A stretch of DNA of 64,000 bases from an uncultured Gammaproteobacteria bacterium (GCA_964524895.1 CAZGFG010000002.1:41284-105283); one strand, 5' to 3'. Shown: positions 19,308-28,814, numbered from the stretch's first letter. Program-made: numbers and translations. Notes: a model not told the origin generated them from the letters alone.

Positions 19308-20321
19308 ATGGCAAAGAAAAAAGCTTTTATCACAGGTGTAGCCGGGCAAGACGGATCATATTTGGCCGAACTGCTGTTGCAAAAAGATTATGAGGTAGGG
19401 GGATTTATCCGTAGAAATGCCCGCAACGAATTGGGCAATATAACCGATATAAAAGATGATATTAAGATTTATTACGGAGACTTAAATTCTGCGGAATCGC
19501 TTGCCTTGGCAATCTACGATTTTAAGCCGGATGAGATATACAATCTGGCAAGCCTGTCTTCACCATTGGGGTCTTTCAGCGATAAGCTGGGGTCAATTAT
19601 GGTGACAGGTATTGGAGCGCTGCATGTTTTTGAAAGAGCAAAACAGATAGTACCGCATGCAAAGATTTATCAAGCTTCTACTTCGGAGATGTTCGGTGCC
19701 CCAAAACAAGTACCGCAAGACGAAAATACTCCCCTGAATCCGGTTAACCCTTATGCGACTGCCAAAGAGTATGCACACCGCATGGCCTATATTGCCAGAA
19801 ATGATAAATTTTCACCGCAATTTATTGCTTGTGGGATCTTATTTAATCACGAAAGTCCCCGAAGAGGTTTGAACTTTGTAACCCGTAAGATTTCTGCCGG
19901 GGTGGCATGTATTAAAAATAATAAAAAGGAGGGTATTCCTTTAAATGAAATCGGAGAACCGATTATTCAAAACGGCAAACTGACGTTAGGGGATTTACAA
20001 TCCAAAAGAGATTGGGGTTATGCCCCGGATTTTGTAGAGGCAATGTGGTTGATGCTGCAACAAGAAAAGGCGGATGATTTTGTAATTGCAACAGGAGAGG
20101 TGCATACGGTAGAAGATTTTGCCAGAGAAGCTTTTGCAGCGGTTGGTCTGAATTGGAAAGATTATGTTATAACCGATCAGCATTTTGTACCCCCGGTACA
20201 AACAGGACCTCTACAAGGAGATCCGGCAAAGGCCAAAAAAATATTGGGTTGGGAACCAAAGACAAGATTTAAAGAGTTGGTAGGGATTATGGTTAATGCG
20301 GATTTGGCTAAATTTGTTTAA
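19308..20321 (+). CDS. gmd: GDP-mannose 4,6-dehydratase
   Basis: KKAFITGVAGQDGSYLAELLLQKDYEV is the GMD N-terminal signature; also contains ..YATAKEYA.. Start moved to MAKKK at 19308, just after the rmlD stop. Confidence 0.85.
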   Translation: MAKKKAFITGVAGQDGSYLAELLLQKDYEVGGFIRRNARNELGNITDIKDDIKIYYGDLNSAESLALAIYDFKPDEIYNLASLSSPLGSFSDKLGSIMVTGIGALHVFERAKQIVPHAKIYQASTSEMFGAPKQVPQDENTPLNPVNPYATAKEYAHRMAYIARNDKFSPQFIACGILFNHESPRRGLNFVTRKISAGVACIKNNKKEGIPLNEIGEPIIQNGKLTLGDLQSKRDWGYAPDFVEAMWLMLQQEKADDFVIATGEVHTVEDFAREAFAAVGLNWKDYVITDQHFVPPVQTGPLQGDPAKAKKILGWEPKTRFKELVGIMVNADLAKFV

Positions 20322-20368
20322 TCTTGTTTAATCTATTGCCAGAATTTTTCCTGATTTTCCTCATCAGA

Positions 20369-20397
20369 TTGTCAAACCTACATAATTACATTACAAT
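20369..20397 (+). promoter_or_regulatory. Putative promoter giving a leaderless transcript for the GT2-GtrA gene
   Basis: TTGTCA, 17 nt, TACAAT. The -10 hexamer ends 6 nt before the ATG at 20404, so the predicted TSS falls at or next to the start codon. Confidence 0.35.
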
Positions 20398-20403
20398 CTA
20401 TCA

Positions 20404-21597
20404 ATGAATAATAGAATAAAAAGATTGGCCGTTATTTTGCCGACCTACAATGAAAAAGGCAGCATTGAAAAAACGATTAGAGAAGTATTATCCCAAGAAG
20501 AGAAATTGCCCGGATGGAAAATAGATGTAGTTGTTTCCGATAGCAACTCCCCTGACGGCACGGCAGAGATAGTCAAAAAAATTGCCCGTAAAAATTCCCA
20601 AGTTCACCTTATCAGTGTGGATCATGGTTTAGGGGTTGGATTGATTGAAGGCCATCAATATGCAGTGACACACCTCAACCCGGATGTATTGGCCCAAATG
20701 GATGCCGATGGGCAGGTCGAAACCGAAATCTTGGTTAGACTGGTAAGGGCTACAGAGGAGGGTTACGATTTTGTCATGGGTTCCAGGTTTGTTAAAGGCG
20801 GTAAGAATCTGCTTTCTCTATCAAGACGGATTTTTAGCGCAGGTTTATCACTGGTATCCCGTATTGTGATGGGGCCGTTAGATGTAGGAGAATTTGCAAA
20901 TTCTGCCCGGGCTTTTACACCGGCGCTCTTTAAAAAACTTAATCTGGAAAGAATGCCATGGAGAGAAAAAACTTTTATAATACAACCGGCTTTTTTGCAT
21001 GAAGCCATGCTGGCAGGTGCCAAATATAAAGAGATCCCCCTAATCTTTAAAAATAGAGCAGAAGGATATTCCAAGAATAAAATATTTAATTATAGTTACG
21101 ATGTCATAACCTACACTATAGATGCCAGACTGCACAGTTGGGGAATAAATATCCCCTTTTTCTATCTAACAAGAAAAGCAAAAACTATAGTCAAATTTGG
21201 TTTAGTAGGTTTTACCGGTACTATGGTAGACTTCTTCTTTTACAAAGTTTTTATTAATGCTTTGGGGTTTCCGCCGGCAACCGCCAAGGGTTTTTCAACA
21301 GAGATAGCTATCATCAATAATTTTTTTCTCAATAATTATTGGACTTTTAGACACCGCAAAACCAAGACCCACCTTTGGCACAAAATGGGAATTTTTAATT
21401 TGGTTAGTTTGGGAGGGTTGGTGATAGCAGTGTTGATTGTGAAATCTTTGCACATACTTTACGGAGACGGTTTTATAACAATTTTTGGCAGGCCGATTGC
21501 CTATAATAACTTTTACTTTTTTGCAACTATCCCGCCGGTTATGACTTGGAATTTTGTAGTCAACCACTTTGTAACCTGGCGCCATCAAAAAGATTAA
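20404..21597 (+). CDS. GT2 polyprenyl-phosphate glycosyltransferase (DPM-synthase-like) fused to a C-terminal GtrA-like membrane domain
   Basis: N-terminal ILPTYNEKGSIEKT...DSNSPDGT with DAD/DxD GT-A motifs. C-terminal KFGLVGFTGTMVDFFFYKVF...FFLNNYWTFR is GtrA-like. Confidence 0.8.
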   Translation: MNNRIKRLAVILPTYNEKGSIEKTIREVLSQEEKLPGWKIDVVVSDSNSPDGTAEIVKKIARKNSQVHLISVDHGLGVGLIEGHQYAVTHLNPDVLAQMDADGQVETEILVRLVRATEEGYDFVMGSRFVKGGKNLLSLSRRIFSAGLSLVSRIVMGPLDVGEFANSARAFTPALFKKLNLERMPWREKTFIIQPAFLHEAMLAGAKYKEIPLIFKNRAEGYSKNKIFNYSYDVITYTIDARLHSWGINIPFFYLTRKAKTIVKFGLVGFTGTMVDFFFYKVFINALGFPPATAKGFSTEIAIINNFFLNNYWTFRHRKTKTHLWHKMGIFNLVSLGGLVIAVLIVKSLHILYGDGFITIFGRPIAYNNFYFFATIPPVMTWNFVVNHFVTWRHQKD

Positions 21598-22763
21598 TTA
21601 AAAAGTTGGGGGTCGGGGAAGGGTGCGGTATTGGCAAGGATATAATTTTGAGTGTAAAGATATAGTGCCAGCCCCACTACTGTCAGCACAATCTGAAATT
21701 CTTTACTGGTTAAAACTTTCTCAAATGCAATCAAGACGAAAGGAAAGACAGGAAGCAGGTATCTGCTGATATCTCTGTGTGCAACCAGTGTTGAGGCCGT
21801 AAGATAAGTAAGTACAAAAAAAGATAGGGGATAGAGTTTTTTCTTCCATAAAGTAATTCCTCCTAAAAACCCTAATATAAATATATAGACTATATCTTCC
21901 AACCAAATATCTCCTACCCAAAATTGATCTTTATTAAATACCTGATAAGGAGGAAAGGTTAGGTGGATATTGTCTCCGCTATGGAAATAGGCCCAAAAGT
22001 CCCCATAGCTTTGCTGGTATGTTAAAAACATCAAAAGCAGCCCCAGGGGAATTAAAATAAGCGGAAAATATTTAAGATGTTGCAATAAAGCTTTCTTAAG
22101 GCCGACTAGTTTTATATTTACAAAAAATTTGTAATGGACATATAAGGCTAAAGCTATAAAAAGAAGAATCCCCGGTGGTCTGGTTAGTTGGGCAAAAAGG
22201 CCAAGCAAGGAAGCCATGATTATCATCCAGTATTTTCTCGATGCTTCATATTTGAGGAAAAAATAAAGGGATGTAATAATCAGGAATATAAACGTTGGCT
22301 CTGAAGAACCGACACTGTGTACTATTAACCATCGTGCCGGCAGTATTAAAAAAATTAGGCCCAATACTAATGGGCGGGTAGTTAATTTAAAATCTCTGAC
22401 TAAAAAATAAAATGTCCATGCTGCTAAAATTGTGGAAGCAACCGATACAAAAAGCATTGATTTTAAATAGCCTAAAACGGGCGCAAGCGCATTTATAAGC
22501 AAAGAGTAACCTAAAAAATGAGAAGCAAAATAAGCAGCCGGTAAGGATTGCGGTAGCGCAGATATGATTTGAGAATCATACAGGGATTTTGCTATGATGA
22601 TATATTCCAGCCCGTCGAAGTTTCGATAGATAGTATTGAATCCTTCGCTAAAATTAAGCCCCCAAAAACCTGGGAGCGCCAACATATGCGGAAGCCAAAC
22701 TAGGAAGGTTAAAATAAGTGTAGCTAGGAAGATAATTAAAAGATCAAAGAATGTTTGTTTCAC
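21594..22763 (-). CDS. Polytopic membrane protein of unknown family (possibly GT-C-like or polymerase-like)
   Basis: 389 aa, about 10 predicted TM segments. No soluble domain or clear catalytic motif recognised. Confidence 0.55.
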   Translation of the reverse strand: MKQTFFDLLIIFLATLILTFLVWLPHMLALPGFWGLNFSEGFNTIYRNFDGLEYIIIAKSLYDSQIISALPQSLPAAYFASHFLGYSLLINALAPVLGYLKSMLFVSVASTILAAWTFYFLVRDFKLTTRPLVLGLIFLILPARWLIVHSVGSSEPTFIFLIITSLYFFLKYEASRKYWMIIMASLLGLFAQLTRPPGILLFIALALYVHYKFFVNIKLVGLKKALLQHLKYFPLILIPLGLLLMFLTYQQSYGDFWAYFHSGDNIHLTFPPYQVFNKDQFWVGDIWLEDIVYIFILGFLGGITLWKKKLYPLSFFVLTYLTASTLVAHRDISRYLLPVFPFVLIAFEKVLTSKEFQIVLTVVGLALYLYTQNYILANTAPFPDPQLFN

Positions 22764-22816
22764 CGCAATTATATTCTAGCAGAATGATTACCGGCTATGC
22801 TACACTTTTGAGGTAG

Positions 22817-25006
22817 ATGAATATTAGGAAACTATCGGTATTTTTTCCGGCTTACAACGAAGAAGAGAATATTAAAGACACCGTTGAGAAAGCTGTAGCA
22901 ACCTTGGAGAGATTGGATTTGGAAGATTATGAAATACTGGTTGTAAATGACGGGTCTAAAGATAAAACGGCAGAGATTGTACGGCAGCTGGAAAAAGAAA
23001 ATAGACATATTAGGCTAATTAACCATGACCGAAACAGAGGTTACGGACAGGCGCTTAAAAGTGGATTTAAGGAAGCCCGGTTTGATTGGGTAGCTTTTTC
23101 AGATTCCGATGGGCAGTTTAATTTCGCGGAGATTACCGGATTTCTGGAAAAAACAGACCAGGCAGACTTTGTTTTGGGGTTTAGGATAAAACGTGCAGAT
23201 CCTTTTATCCGTAAAGTCTATACCTTTGGCTGGAAGATGATTGCACAAATATTGTTTGGGCTCAAAGTGAAAGATTACTCGTGTGGTTTTAAGCTGATTA
23301 AAAAACAATCATTTGAAACTTGCCTGCCGCTGGATTCCGAAGAAAAGGTTACGCAAATTGAACTTTTAGTCAAAGCGATGAAAAAAGGGTACCGCTTTGC
23401 GGAAGTCGGAGTTAATCACTATCCCCGCATGTTTGGACATCCCACCGGAGCAAATATCAAGGTAGTTTTAAAAAGTTTGCTAGATATCACAAGGCTTTGG
23501 TGGCAGTTAACAGATCAAAAAATCCTCTTTTTCTCTCTTTTGGCAACTTTTATTTTGGGAGCTTTTTTAAGGTTTTATAAATTGGATGGTTATATGACAT
23601 TTCTAGGCGATGAAGGCAGGGATATGTTAATTATGAAAAAGATTTTGGTTGATCACGATTTTCCCTTAATCGGTCCTCCCACATCGATTGGAAATATTTA
23701 CTTGGGGCCGCTTTACTACTATATGATGGCCCTTCCTTCTCTCATATTTTGGATGAATCCGGTTGCATCTGCCGCGATGAATGCACTGCTGGGGATACTC
23801 ACGGTTTTGTTAATCTACTATTTGGCAAAAATCTGGTTTGGAAGAATCCCGGCGGCTGTTGCCTCCTTTTTATATGCAATTAGTCCGGTTGCAATCATAT
23901 ATTCCCGCTCTTCGTGGAATCCTAACCCCGCACCCTTTTTTACTTTACTGGGGATGCTGGGGCTTTTTAAGGTTTACTCAACAAGAGATTTCCGTTACCT
24001 TTTCTTAAGCGGTCTGTCTTTTGCTGCTGCCATTCAGATGCATTATTTGGCCTTAATCCTTATTCCGATTGCCGGGGTGATTTGGCTTACAGAAACCTTT
24101 TATATTAAAGCCAAAAAAAGGCATTTTTGGCTGGGGACCATACTTGGGGTAGTGGCATTTTTGTCAGTGATGTCTCCTCTGGTTGTCTTTGATTTTAAAC
24201 ATAACTTTTTAAATTTTAGGGCGATGAAAGAGCTTTTCGGGGGCAGCGGGGCAATACAAGCAGAGTCGGCGGCAAATTTAGGCAAGTTCTATGACCTTTT
24301 AACAAATAAATTAATCAACCGATATGTAAGTGGCGGAAATGAGATTTTAGGATTTGTTTTACTTATTATAGTCCTCATCCCAATCATATACATGATTATA
24401 AAATTGATTAAATCCAAAGTTTTAGATTATCCAAATTTTTTATTAGGAGTATGGCTTATTGTAGGGCTGGCCGGTTTAATACTTTATCAAAAGGACGTTT
24501 ATGATCACTATTTAGGGTTTATAAGCCCGGCAGCTTACTTGCTTTTGGCATCATTTATCAGTCTTTATTTAACTAACTTTAAAAAAATAAATAAGTTTTT
24601 AAAAATAGCTCCACTTGCTGTATTTTTACTCATACTGGTTTTTGTTAACCTTCAACAAAGTCCTTTGAGAAATCCCCCCAACAATCAACTTCAAAAAACC
24701 CAGAGGGTAGCAAACTATATAATAGGGCAATCGGAAGGGAAGCCTTTTAACTTTGCCCTGATCGCAGCCCGCAATTATGACTCGGCATATCAATTTTACC
24801 TCTGGCTTTATGGGTATCAACCAAAACAGGTCCCCTTTGATAAAACCGATCAATTGTTTGTTGTATGTGAAGATGTGGTTTGTGATCCGTTATATAATCC
24901 AAAGTATGAGATAGCAGCATATGGTTGGGCCAGGGTAGAAAAAGTGGAAGAGGTAAATGGGGTAAGGGTGTATAAATTAGTTCCCAATCCTTCCGGAAAA
25001 CCTTAA
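22817..25006 (+). CDS. Fusion protein: N-terminal GT2 (DPM-synthase-like) plus C-terminal PMT_2/ArnT-like GT-C membrane glycosyltransferase
   Basis: 729 aa. N-terminal FFPAYNEEENIKDTV...VVNDGSKDKT and DSDGQ (GT-A). After about residue 240, a multi-TM region with LGDEGRDMLIMKKILVDHDFPLIGPPTSIGNIYLGP (GT-C first-loop DE motif). Confidence 0.85.
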   Translation: MNIRKLSVFFPAYNEEENIKDTVEKAVATLERLDLEDYEILVVNDGSKDKTAEIVRQLEKENRHIRLINHDRNRGYGQALKSGFKEARFDWVAFSDSDGQFNFAEITGFLEKTDQADFVLGFRIKRADPFIRKVYTFGWKMIAQILFGLKVKDYSCGFKLIKKQSFETCLPLDSEEKVTQIELLVKAMKKGYRFAEVGVNHYPRMFGHPTGANIKVVLKSLLDITRLWWQLTDQKILFFSLLATFILGAFLRFYKLDGYMTFLGDEGRDMLIMKKILVDHDFPLIGPPTSIGNIYLGPLYYYMMALPSLIFWMNPVASAAMNALLGILTVLLIYYLAKIWFGRIPAAVASFLYAISPVAIIYSRSSWNPNPAPFFTLLGMLGLFKVYSTRDFRYLFLSGLSFAAAIQMHYLALILIPIAGVIWLTETFYIKAKKRHFWLGTILGVVAFLSVMSPLVVFDFKHNFLNFRAMKELFGGSGAIQAESAANLGKFYDLLTNKLINRYVSGGNEILGFVLLIIVLIPIIYMIIKLIKSKVLDYPNFLLGVWLIVGLAGLILYQKDVYDHYLGFISPAAYLLLASFISLYLTNFKKINKFLKIAPLAVFLLILVFVNLQQSPLRNPPNNQLQKTQRVANYIIGQSEGKPFNFALIAARNYDSAYQFYLWLYGYQPKQVPFDKTDQLFVVCEDVVCDPLYNPKYEIAAYGWARVEKVEEVNGVRVYKLVPNPSGKP

Positions 25007-25015
25007 AATAATAAT

Positions 25016-25750
25016 ATGAAATTATCAATTATCTTTCCGGCATATAATGAGGCGGAAAATATTAAAAATGGGGCTTTGGAAAAAGTTTCCTCTTATTTGG
25101 ATAAAGTGGATTATCCCTACGAGGTTTTGATTGTAGATGATGGATCGCAGGATGAAACAGCCTCCCTTATTAGAGAAGAAATAAAAGGAAAGAGTAATTA
25201 TCGGATAATAGAAAATAAACACGGAGGTAAGGCAATCTCCGTAATTACCGGAATGGAAGAGGCCAAAGGAGAAATAATTCTTTTTTCGGATATGGATCAG
25301 GCAACACCTTTGTCTGAAATAGAAAAATTTTTCCCAAAATTTGAAGAAGGGTTTGATTTGGTGATTGGGTCAAGAAAAGGTAGAAAAGGAGCACCTTTAG
25401 TTAGAAAACTATCAGCCTGGGGATTTTCCGTCCTAAGAAGGCTAATATTAGGATTGCCTTTTAAGGATACCCAGTGCGGGTTTAAGGCTTTTAATAAATC
25501 CTCGATAGAAAGAATTGTTCCCAAAATTAAAACAGAATGGGGGGTTGTACATTTTAAGGGTGGGGCGGTTAATGCCGGATTTGATGTGGAAGTTTTATAC
25601 TTGGCTAAAAAATATGGATTTAAAATTGCAGAGGTGGAGGTGCAGTGGAGTTATGTGGATACGGAAAGGGTGCAGGTAGTAAAAGATGCCGCTGCTGCAA
25701 TTTATGACATGTTAAGGATAAGGTGGAATGACTTAAGAGGTAAGTATTAA
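25016..25750 (+). CDS. GT2 glycosyltransferase (dolichyl/polyprenyl-phosphate glucosyltransferase-like)
   Basis: IFPAYNEAENI...VLIVDDGSQDET...SDMDQ are GT-A motifs. 244 aa. Confidence 0.85.
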   Translation: MKLSIIFPAYNEAENIKNGALEKVSSYLDKVDYPYEVLIVDDGSQDETASLIREEIKGKSNYRIIENKHGGKAISVITGMEEAKGEIILFSDMDQATPLSEIEKFFPKFEEGFDLVIGSRKGRKGAPLVRKLSAWGFSVLRRLILGLPFKDTQCGFKAFNKSSIERIVPKIKTEWGVVHFKGGAVNAGFDVEVLYLAKKYGFKIAEVEVQWSYVDTERVQVVKDAAAAIYDMLRIRWNDLRGKY

Positions 25751-25756
25751 TAAAAT

Positions 25757-25767
25757 TCCCATTGTTT
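25757..25767 (+). promoter_or_regulatory. Copy 1 of the recurring islet motif TTCCCATTGTT(TTC)
   Basis: Seen 7 nt after the GT2 stop and about 30 nt upstream of the ATG at 25798. The same 11-mer is at 29154; CCATTGTTTTC is shared with 26125..26139. Confidence 0.5.
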
Positions 25768-25797
25768 TCTTACAATTTTAGGGGTAAGATTTTGTTG

Positions 25798-26106
25798 ATG
25801 AGTATGGTGGAGCAGGTGATGGCAGAACAGATGGTTAGTCAGCTTGCAGATCTTTTGGTGAAAAGAGATAAGATGGTGAGGATTATGCGGAGTATGAGGG
25901 TGGACGATTCCTGCTTACCTTATGATTTTGAAACCCTGTGGATATTTGATACGGCTATTGGTGTCAGGTTGCAGGATTTAGGTTCTATCGGGGAGGAATT
26001 AGGTTTAACCAGATTTTCCCATAAAGCAAAATCCCCCGGACAATTTAGAATTAGGGAAACTAAAAGGAGATGCCCTCAAAGTCCATTCTTTTGTAAATCC
26101 AGATAA
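25798..26106 (+). CDS. Small hypothetical protein (about 102 aa), possibly HTH-like
   Basis: ATG MSMVEQ..., preceded by AGGGGTAAG at about 14 nt. LGSIGEELGLTRFS resembles an HTH recognition segment. Locally higher GC. Weak evidence overall. Confidence 0.3.
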   Translation: MSMVEQVMAEQMVSQLADLLVKRDKMVRIMRSMRVDDSCLPYDFETLWIFDTAIGVRLQDLGSIGEELGLTRFSHKAKSPGQFRIRETKRRCPQSPFFCKSR

Positions 26107-26124
26107 GATAAAAGTAGTAATAAT

Positions 26125-26139
26125 TTTCCATTGTTTTCC
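26125..26139 (+). promoter_or_regulatory. Copy 2 of the islet motif (TTTCCATTGTTTTCC)
   Basis: About 100 nt upstream of the LuxR-HTH gene start at 26239. Confidence 0.45.
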
Positions 26140-26238
26140 TGAAAACTTGAAGGTAGAAGCTAGGTTGGAATTACCCCTGCTATGAACTATCAAGGTGTAA
26201 TTCTTGAAGAAGCATAGAAATTATGCTACTTTAGCAAA

Positions 26239-26577
26239 ATGATAGAAAAGTTAGGCAAAGGACTCCCTCCCAGGCCTCCATATTCTGATGTCGTGCTAGA
26301 TTTGGTAAATCTTAGTGATGAAGCAAGACTGTGTCAAGATTTTGGAGAAGCAGTCAGTTTTAGCCAAAGAGAAATGGATATTTTGGGATTCGTAATTGCA
26401 GGAATTGGATCTTCAACAGTTATTGGCCAAAGGTTAGGTCTAAGTAAGGCAACAATCAATCTAAATTTTATAGGTATACGGAGGAAGTTGGGTACCACAG
26501 ACCATCCACACACGGCTGCTGTATTGTGGAGTAAGGGTTATGTCAGGATAAAAGAAGATAGTAATACTCATCTATAA
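26239..26577 (+). CDS. LuxR/GerE-type helix-turn-helix protein (stand-alone HTH, no receiver domain)
   Basis: SQREMDILGFVIAGIGSSTVIGQRLGLSKATINLNFIGIRRKLG fits the GerE/LuxR C-terminal HTH consensus (..RE.EVL.L.A.G.S...IA..L.IS..TV..H...I..KLG). 112 aa. Confidence 0.6.
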   Translation: MIEKLGKGLPPRPPYSDVVLDLVNLSDEARLCQDFGEAVSFSQREMDILGFVIAGIGSSTVIGQRLGLSKATINLNFIGIRRKLGTTDHPHTAAVLWSKGYVRIKEDSNTHL

Positions 26578-26681
26578 TTCAATAATTTTGCATTTTCCCC
26601 AAGATCTAAACACGACGGTTGCAAGCAAAAAGTAGTATTTTCCCATCTGGAGGATTAAAATAGCAGACATACTATTACTTC

Positions 26682-27353
26682 ATGCGAATTAAAGACTTGC
26701 CTAAGGTTGAAAGGCCTAGAGAGAAATTAATCAAATATGGTCCAGAAAGACTATCAAATTCTGAACTTTTAGCTATTCTACTTCGAACTGGAACTAAAAA
26801 ATTAAATGTAGTACAGCTTTCAAGTAAAATCTTAAAAAGTCTAAGTAGTAAAAATTTAATGAATGTAGATTATCAACAGTTAAAGAAAATTTCTGGGTTA
26901 GGACCAGCTAAAGCTTGCGAGATTGTTGCTTGTTTTGAACTGGGGAAGAGGTTACTTAAAGATAAAAAGGCCACCATGGTTTTATCCCCTAAAGACATTT
27001 GGGAAGAGCTTAAAGATCTTAGAGATCATAAGAAAGAGCATTTTGTAGTTTTTTATTTGGATACTAGAAATCAGGAAATTCAAAGAGAAATAATCTCTGT
27101 GGGGTCATTGAACGCTAGTTTGGTTCACCCAAGAGAAGTATTTGAGCCAGCTGTCAGAAATTTAGCAGCCCAGATAATAGTCTCTCATAATCATCCTTCT
27201 GGAAACCCGGAACCTTCCAAAGAGGATTTAGAAATCACCCGAAAATTGGTAGAATCAGGGAGAATTTTAGGAATAGAGGTAATAGACCATATTGTAGTCT
27301 CAGAAGAGAGTTATTATAGTTTGGCTAGTAAGGAGCCAACTTTATTTAAATGA
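26682..27353 (+). CDS. radC: RadC-like JAB/MPN domain protein
   Basis: HhH-like N-terminus plus the JAMM motif IVSHNHPSGNPEPSKEDLEITRKL. 223 aa. Confidence 0.85.
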   Translation: MRIKDLPKVERPREKLIKYGPERLSNSELLAILLRTGTKKLNVVQLSSKILKSLSSKNLMNVDYQQLKKISGLGPAKACEIVACFELGKRLLKDKKATMVLSPKDIWEELKDLRDHKKEHFVVFYLDTRNQEIQREIISVGSLNASLVHPREVFEPAVRNLAAQIIVSHNHPSGNPEPSKEDLEITRKLVESGRILGIEVIDHIVVSEESYYSLASKEPTLFK

Positions 27354-27697
27354 ATGATATAGAGATAGTGACGAATAAGCTTCTGGAATTTAGGAAGAAG
27401 CGAAATTGGGAGCAATTTCACAAACCAAAAGATTTGGCGATATCTCTGGTACTAGAAGCGGGAGAGCTATTAGAGCATTTTCAATGGAGATCTGATGAGG
27501 AGATAAGAAAACACGTTATAGATCAAAAAAATGAAGTAGCAGAGGAACTTGCAGATGTTTTTAACTGGGTGTTACTTTTAGCGCATGATCTGAATATAGA
27601 TATTATTAAGTCAAGTTTAAAAAAGATTGATAAGAATCGTAAAAAATACCCAGTAAAAAAGACTAAAGGTAAACATACTAAATATACCAATTTATAA
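27350..27697 (+). CDS. MazG-like nucleotide pyrophosphohydrolase (small all-alpha NTP-PPase)
   Basis: FRKKRNWEQFHKPKDLAISLVLEAGELLEHFQW...EELADVFNWVLLLAHDLNID is the MazG/YpjD-like EExxE/D signature. Overlaps the radC stop (ATGA). Confidence 0.8.
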   Translation: MNDIEIVTNKLLEFRKKRNWEQFHKPKDLAISLVLEAGELLEHFQWRSDEEIRKHVIDQKNEVAEELADVFNWVLLLAHDLNIDIIKSSLKKIDKNRKKYPVKKTKGKHTKYTNL

Positions 27698-27698
27698 C

Positions 27699-28814
27699 AT
27701 GGACTTTGATTCTATCCTTAAAACAAAAAGCCTGTTCAGATTTACCGGGCCACCTGAACACTGGTTAACAGCCGTTAAATATATGACTTGGGGATTGGAG
27801 GAGCATTTGAGAGATAAATGGTTGAAGATTAGACCAGGAGATATATTTTTTATACACAGCACCAAAAATTCTGCATTTAAAAATGCAAAATCGGGGATCA
27901 TAGGTTTAGGCGTTGTCGGGCCAGATTTTTCAGAAAAGAAGAACCCTTTATGGTTTTATGAGACAGTCAATAACATTAACCGCTGGCCGCTTTTAGTACC
28001 CCTATCAGAAATTTACTTATTTAGTGAACTTCCATCTCCCAATACTTGGGAAAATCCTACCAGTGCAAATATATCAGAGACTACTCAATTGATTGACCAA
28101 TTACTAGTAAATTACATTCCCTTAAATCATGTTCCAGGTTTTCCTCAGATGGGAAGTTTTTCTTCGGTTAGGCCAGAAGTAGCTAATAAGATCTTATTTG
28201 ATAAAAGACCACTCTATCTTTACTCGGGTTATGGAGCGCCAGACCAGATAATTACCGGAGCAAAGTCGGAATCTGTTGATAGACAGCTGGATACCATAAA
28301 GAACGCTAGTGAAGCTTTGCGCTATACAGATACCTTAAGAATTTTCGACAGTGTAAAAACTCGAGTTATCCGTGAGCCAACCTCACAATATATTCGGGAT
28401 AATGAATTGCTGGAAAGAGCGAACTCTGTCCACCAATCGATATTACAGCAATTAATAGACATTTTTAGAAAGCATGGATATGATACCCGCTCGAGTCGAA
28501 CCGTGGATTTATTTGCCCACAATGAGAAAAATGCTTTTCTATTTGAGGTTAAAAGTACGGAAAATAATAATTTTCGAACCCAAGCCAGAAAAGGGATAGC
28601 TCAGCTTTTTGAGTATGAATATTTTGATGTTCAAAAATTTGCCCAGGATAATAATTTATTGTTTGATCAAAGGCATAAACTAATTGTTCCCTCACAAGTG
28701 CCCCAAGATACTAGATATGTGGATTTTATTAACAGTTTGGATATTGGTATAGCTATGGTAGGTAATGACAACTTAAAACCAATAGGTAAAGACTTAGGCT
28801 TCTCTGAGTTTTAA
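27699..28814 (+). CDS. EVE (PUA-like) domain protein fused to a putative PD-(D/E)xK nuclease domain; candidate modification-dependent (type IV) restriction endonuclease
   Basis: N-terminal HWLTAVKYMTWGLEEHLRDKWLKIRPGDIFFIHSTKNSAFKNAKSGIIGLGVV matches the EVE pattern (W...GD.FFYHS....GIVG.G.V). C-terminal VDLFAHNEKNAFLFEVKS...QARKGIAQLFEYEYF gives a D-x(11)-E-x-K arrangement typical of PD-(D/E)xK/Mrr-like catalytic cores. Starts 2 nt after the MazG stop. Confidence 0.55.
   Translation: MDFDSILKTKSLFRFTGPPEHWLTAVKYMTWGLEEHLRDKWLKIRPGDIFFIHSTKNSAFKNAKSGIIGLGVVGPDFSEKKNPLWFYETVNNINRWPLLVPLSEIYLFSELPSPNTWENPTSANISETTQLIDQLLVNYIPLNHVPGFPQMGSFSSVRPEVANKILFDKRPLYLYSGYGAPDQIITGAKSESVDRQLDTIKNASEALRYTDTLRIFDSVKTRVIREPTSQYIRDNELLERANSVHQSILQQLIDIFRKHGYDTRSSRTVDLFAHNEKNAFLFEVKSTENNNFRTQARKGIAQLFEYEYFDVQKFAQDNNLLFDQRHKLIVPSQVPQDTRYVDFINSLDIGIAMVGNDNLKPIGKDLGFSEF

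Noticed and set aside
25762-25797. N-terminal extension (MFSYNFRGKILL) of the small ORF in the ORF track
   Set aside because: The track begins at the most upstream start. ATG 25798 (MSMVEQ) has a purine-rich stretch upstream and avoids overlapping the motif at 25757-25767, so 25798 is preferred. The gene itself stays low-confidence.
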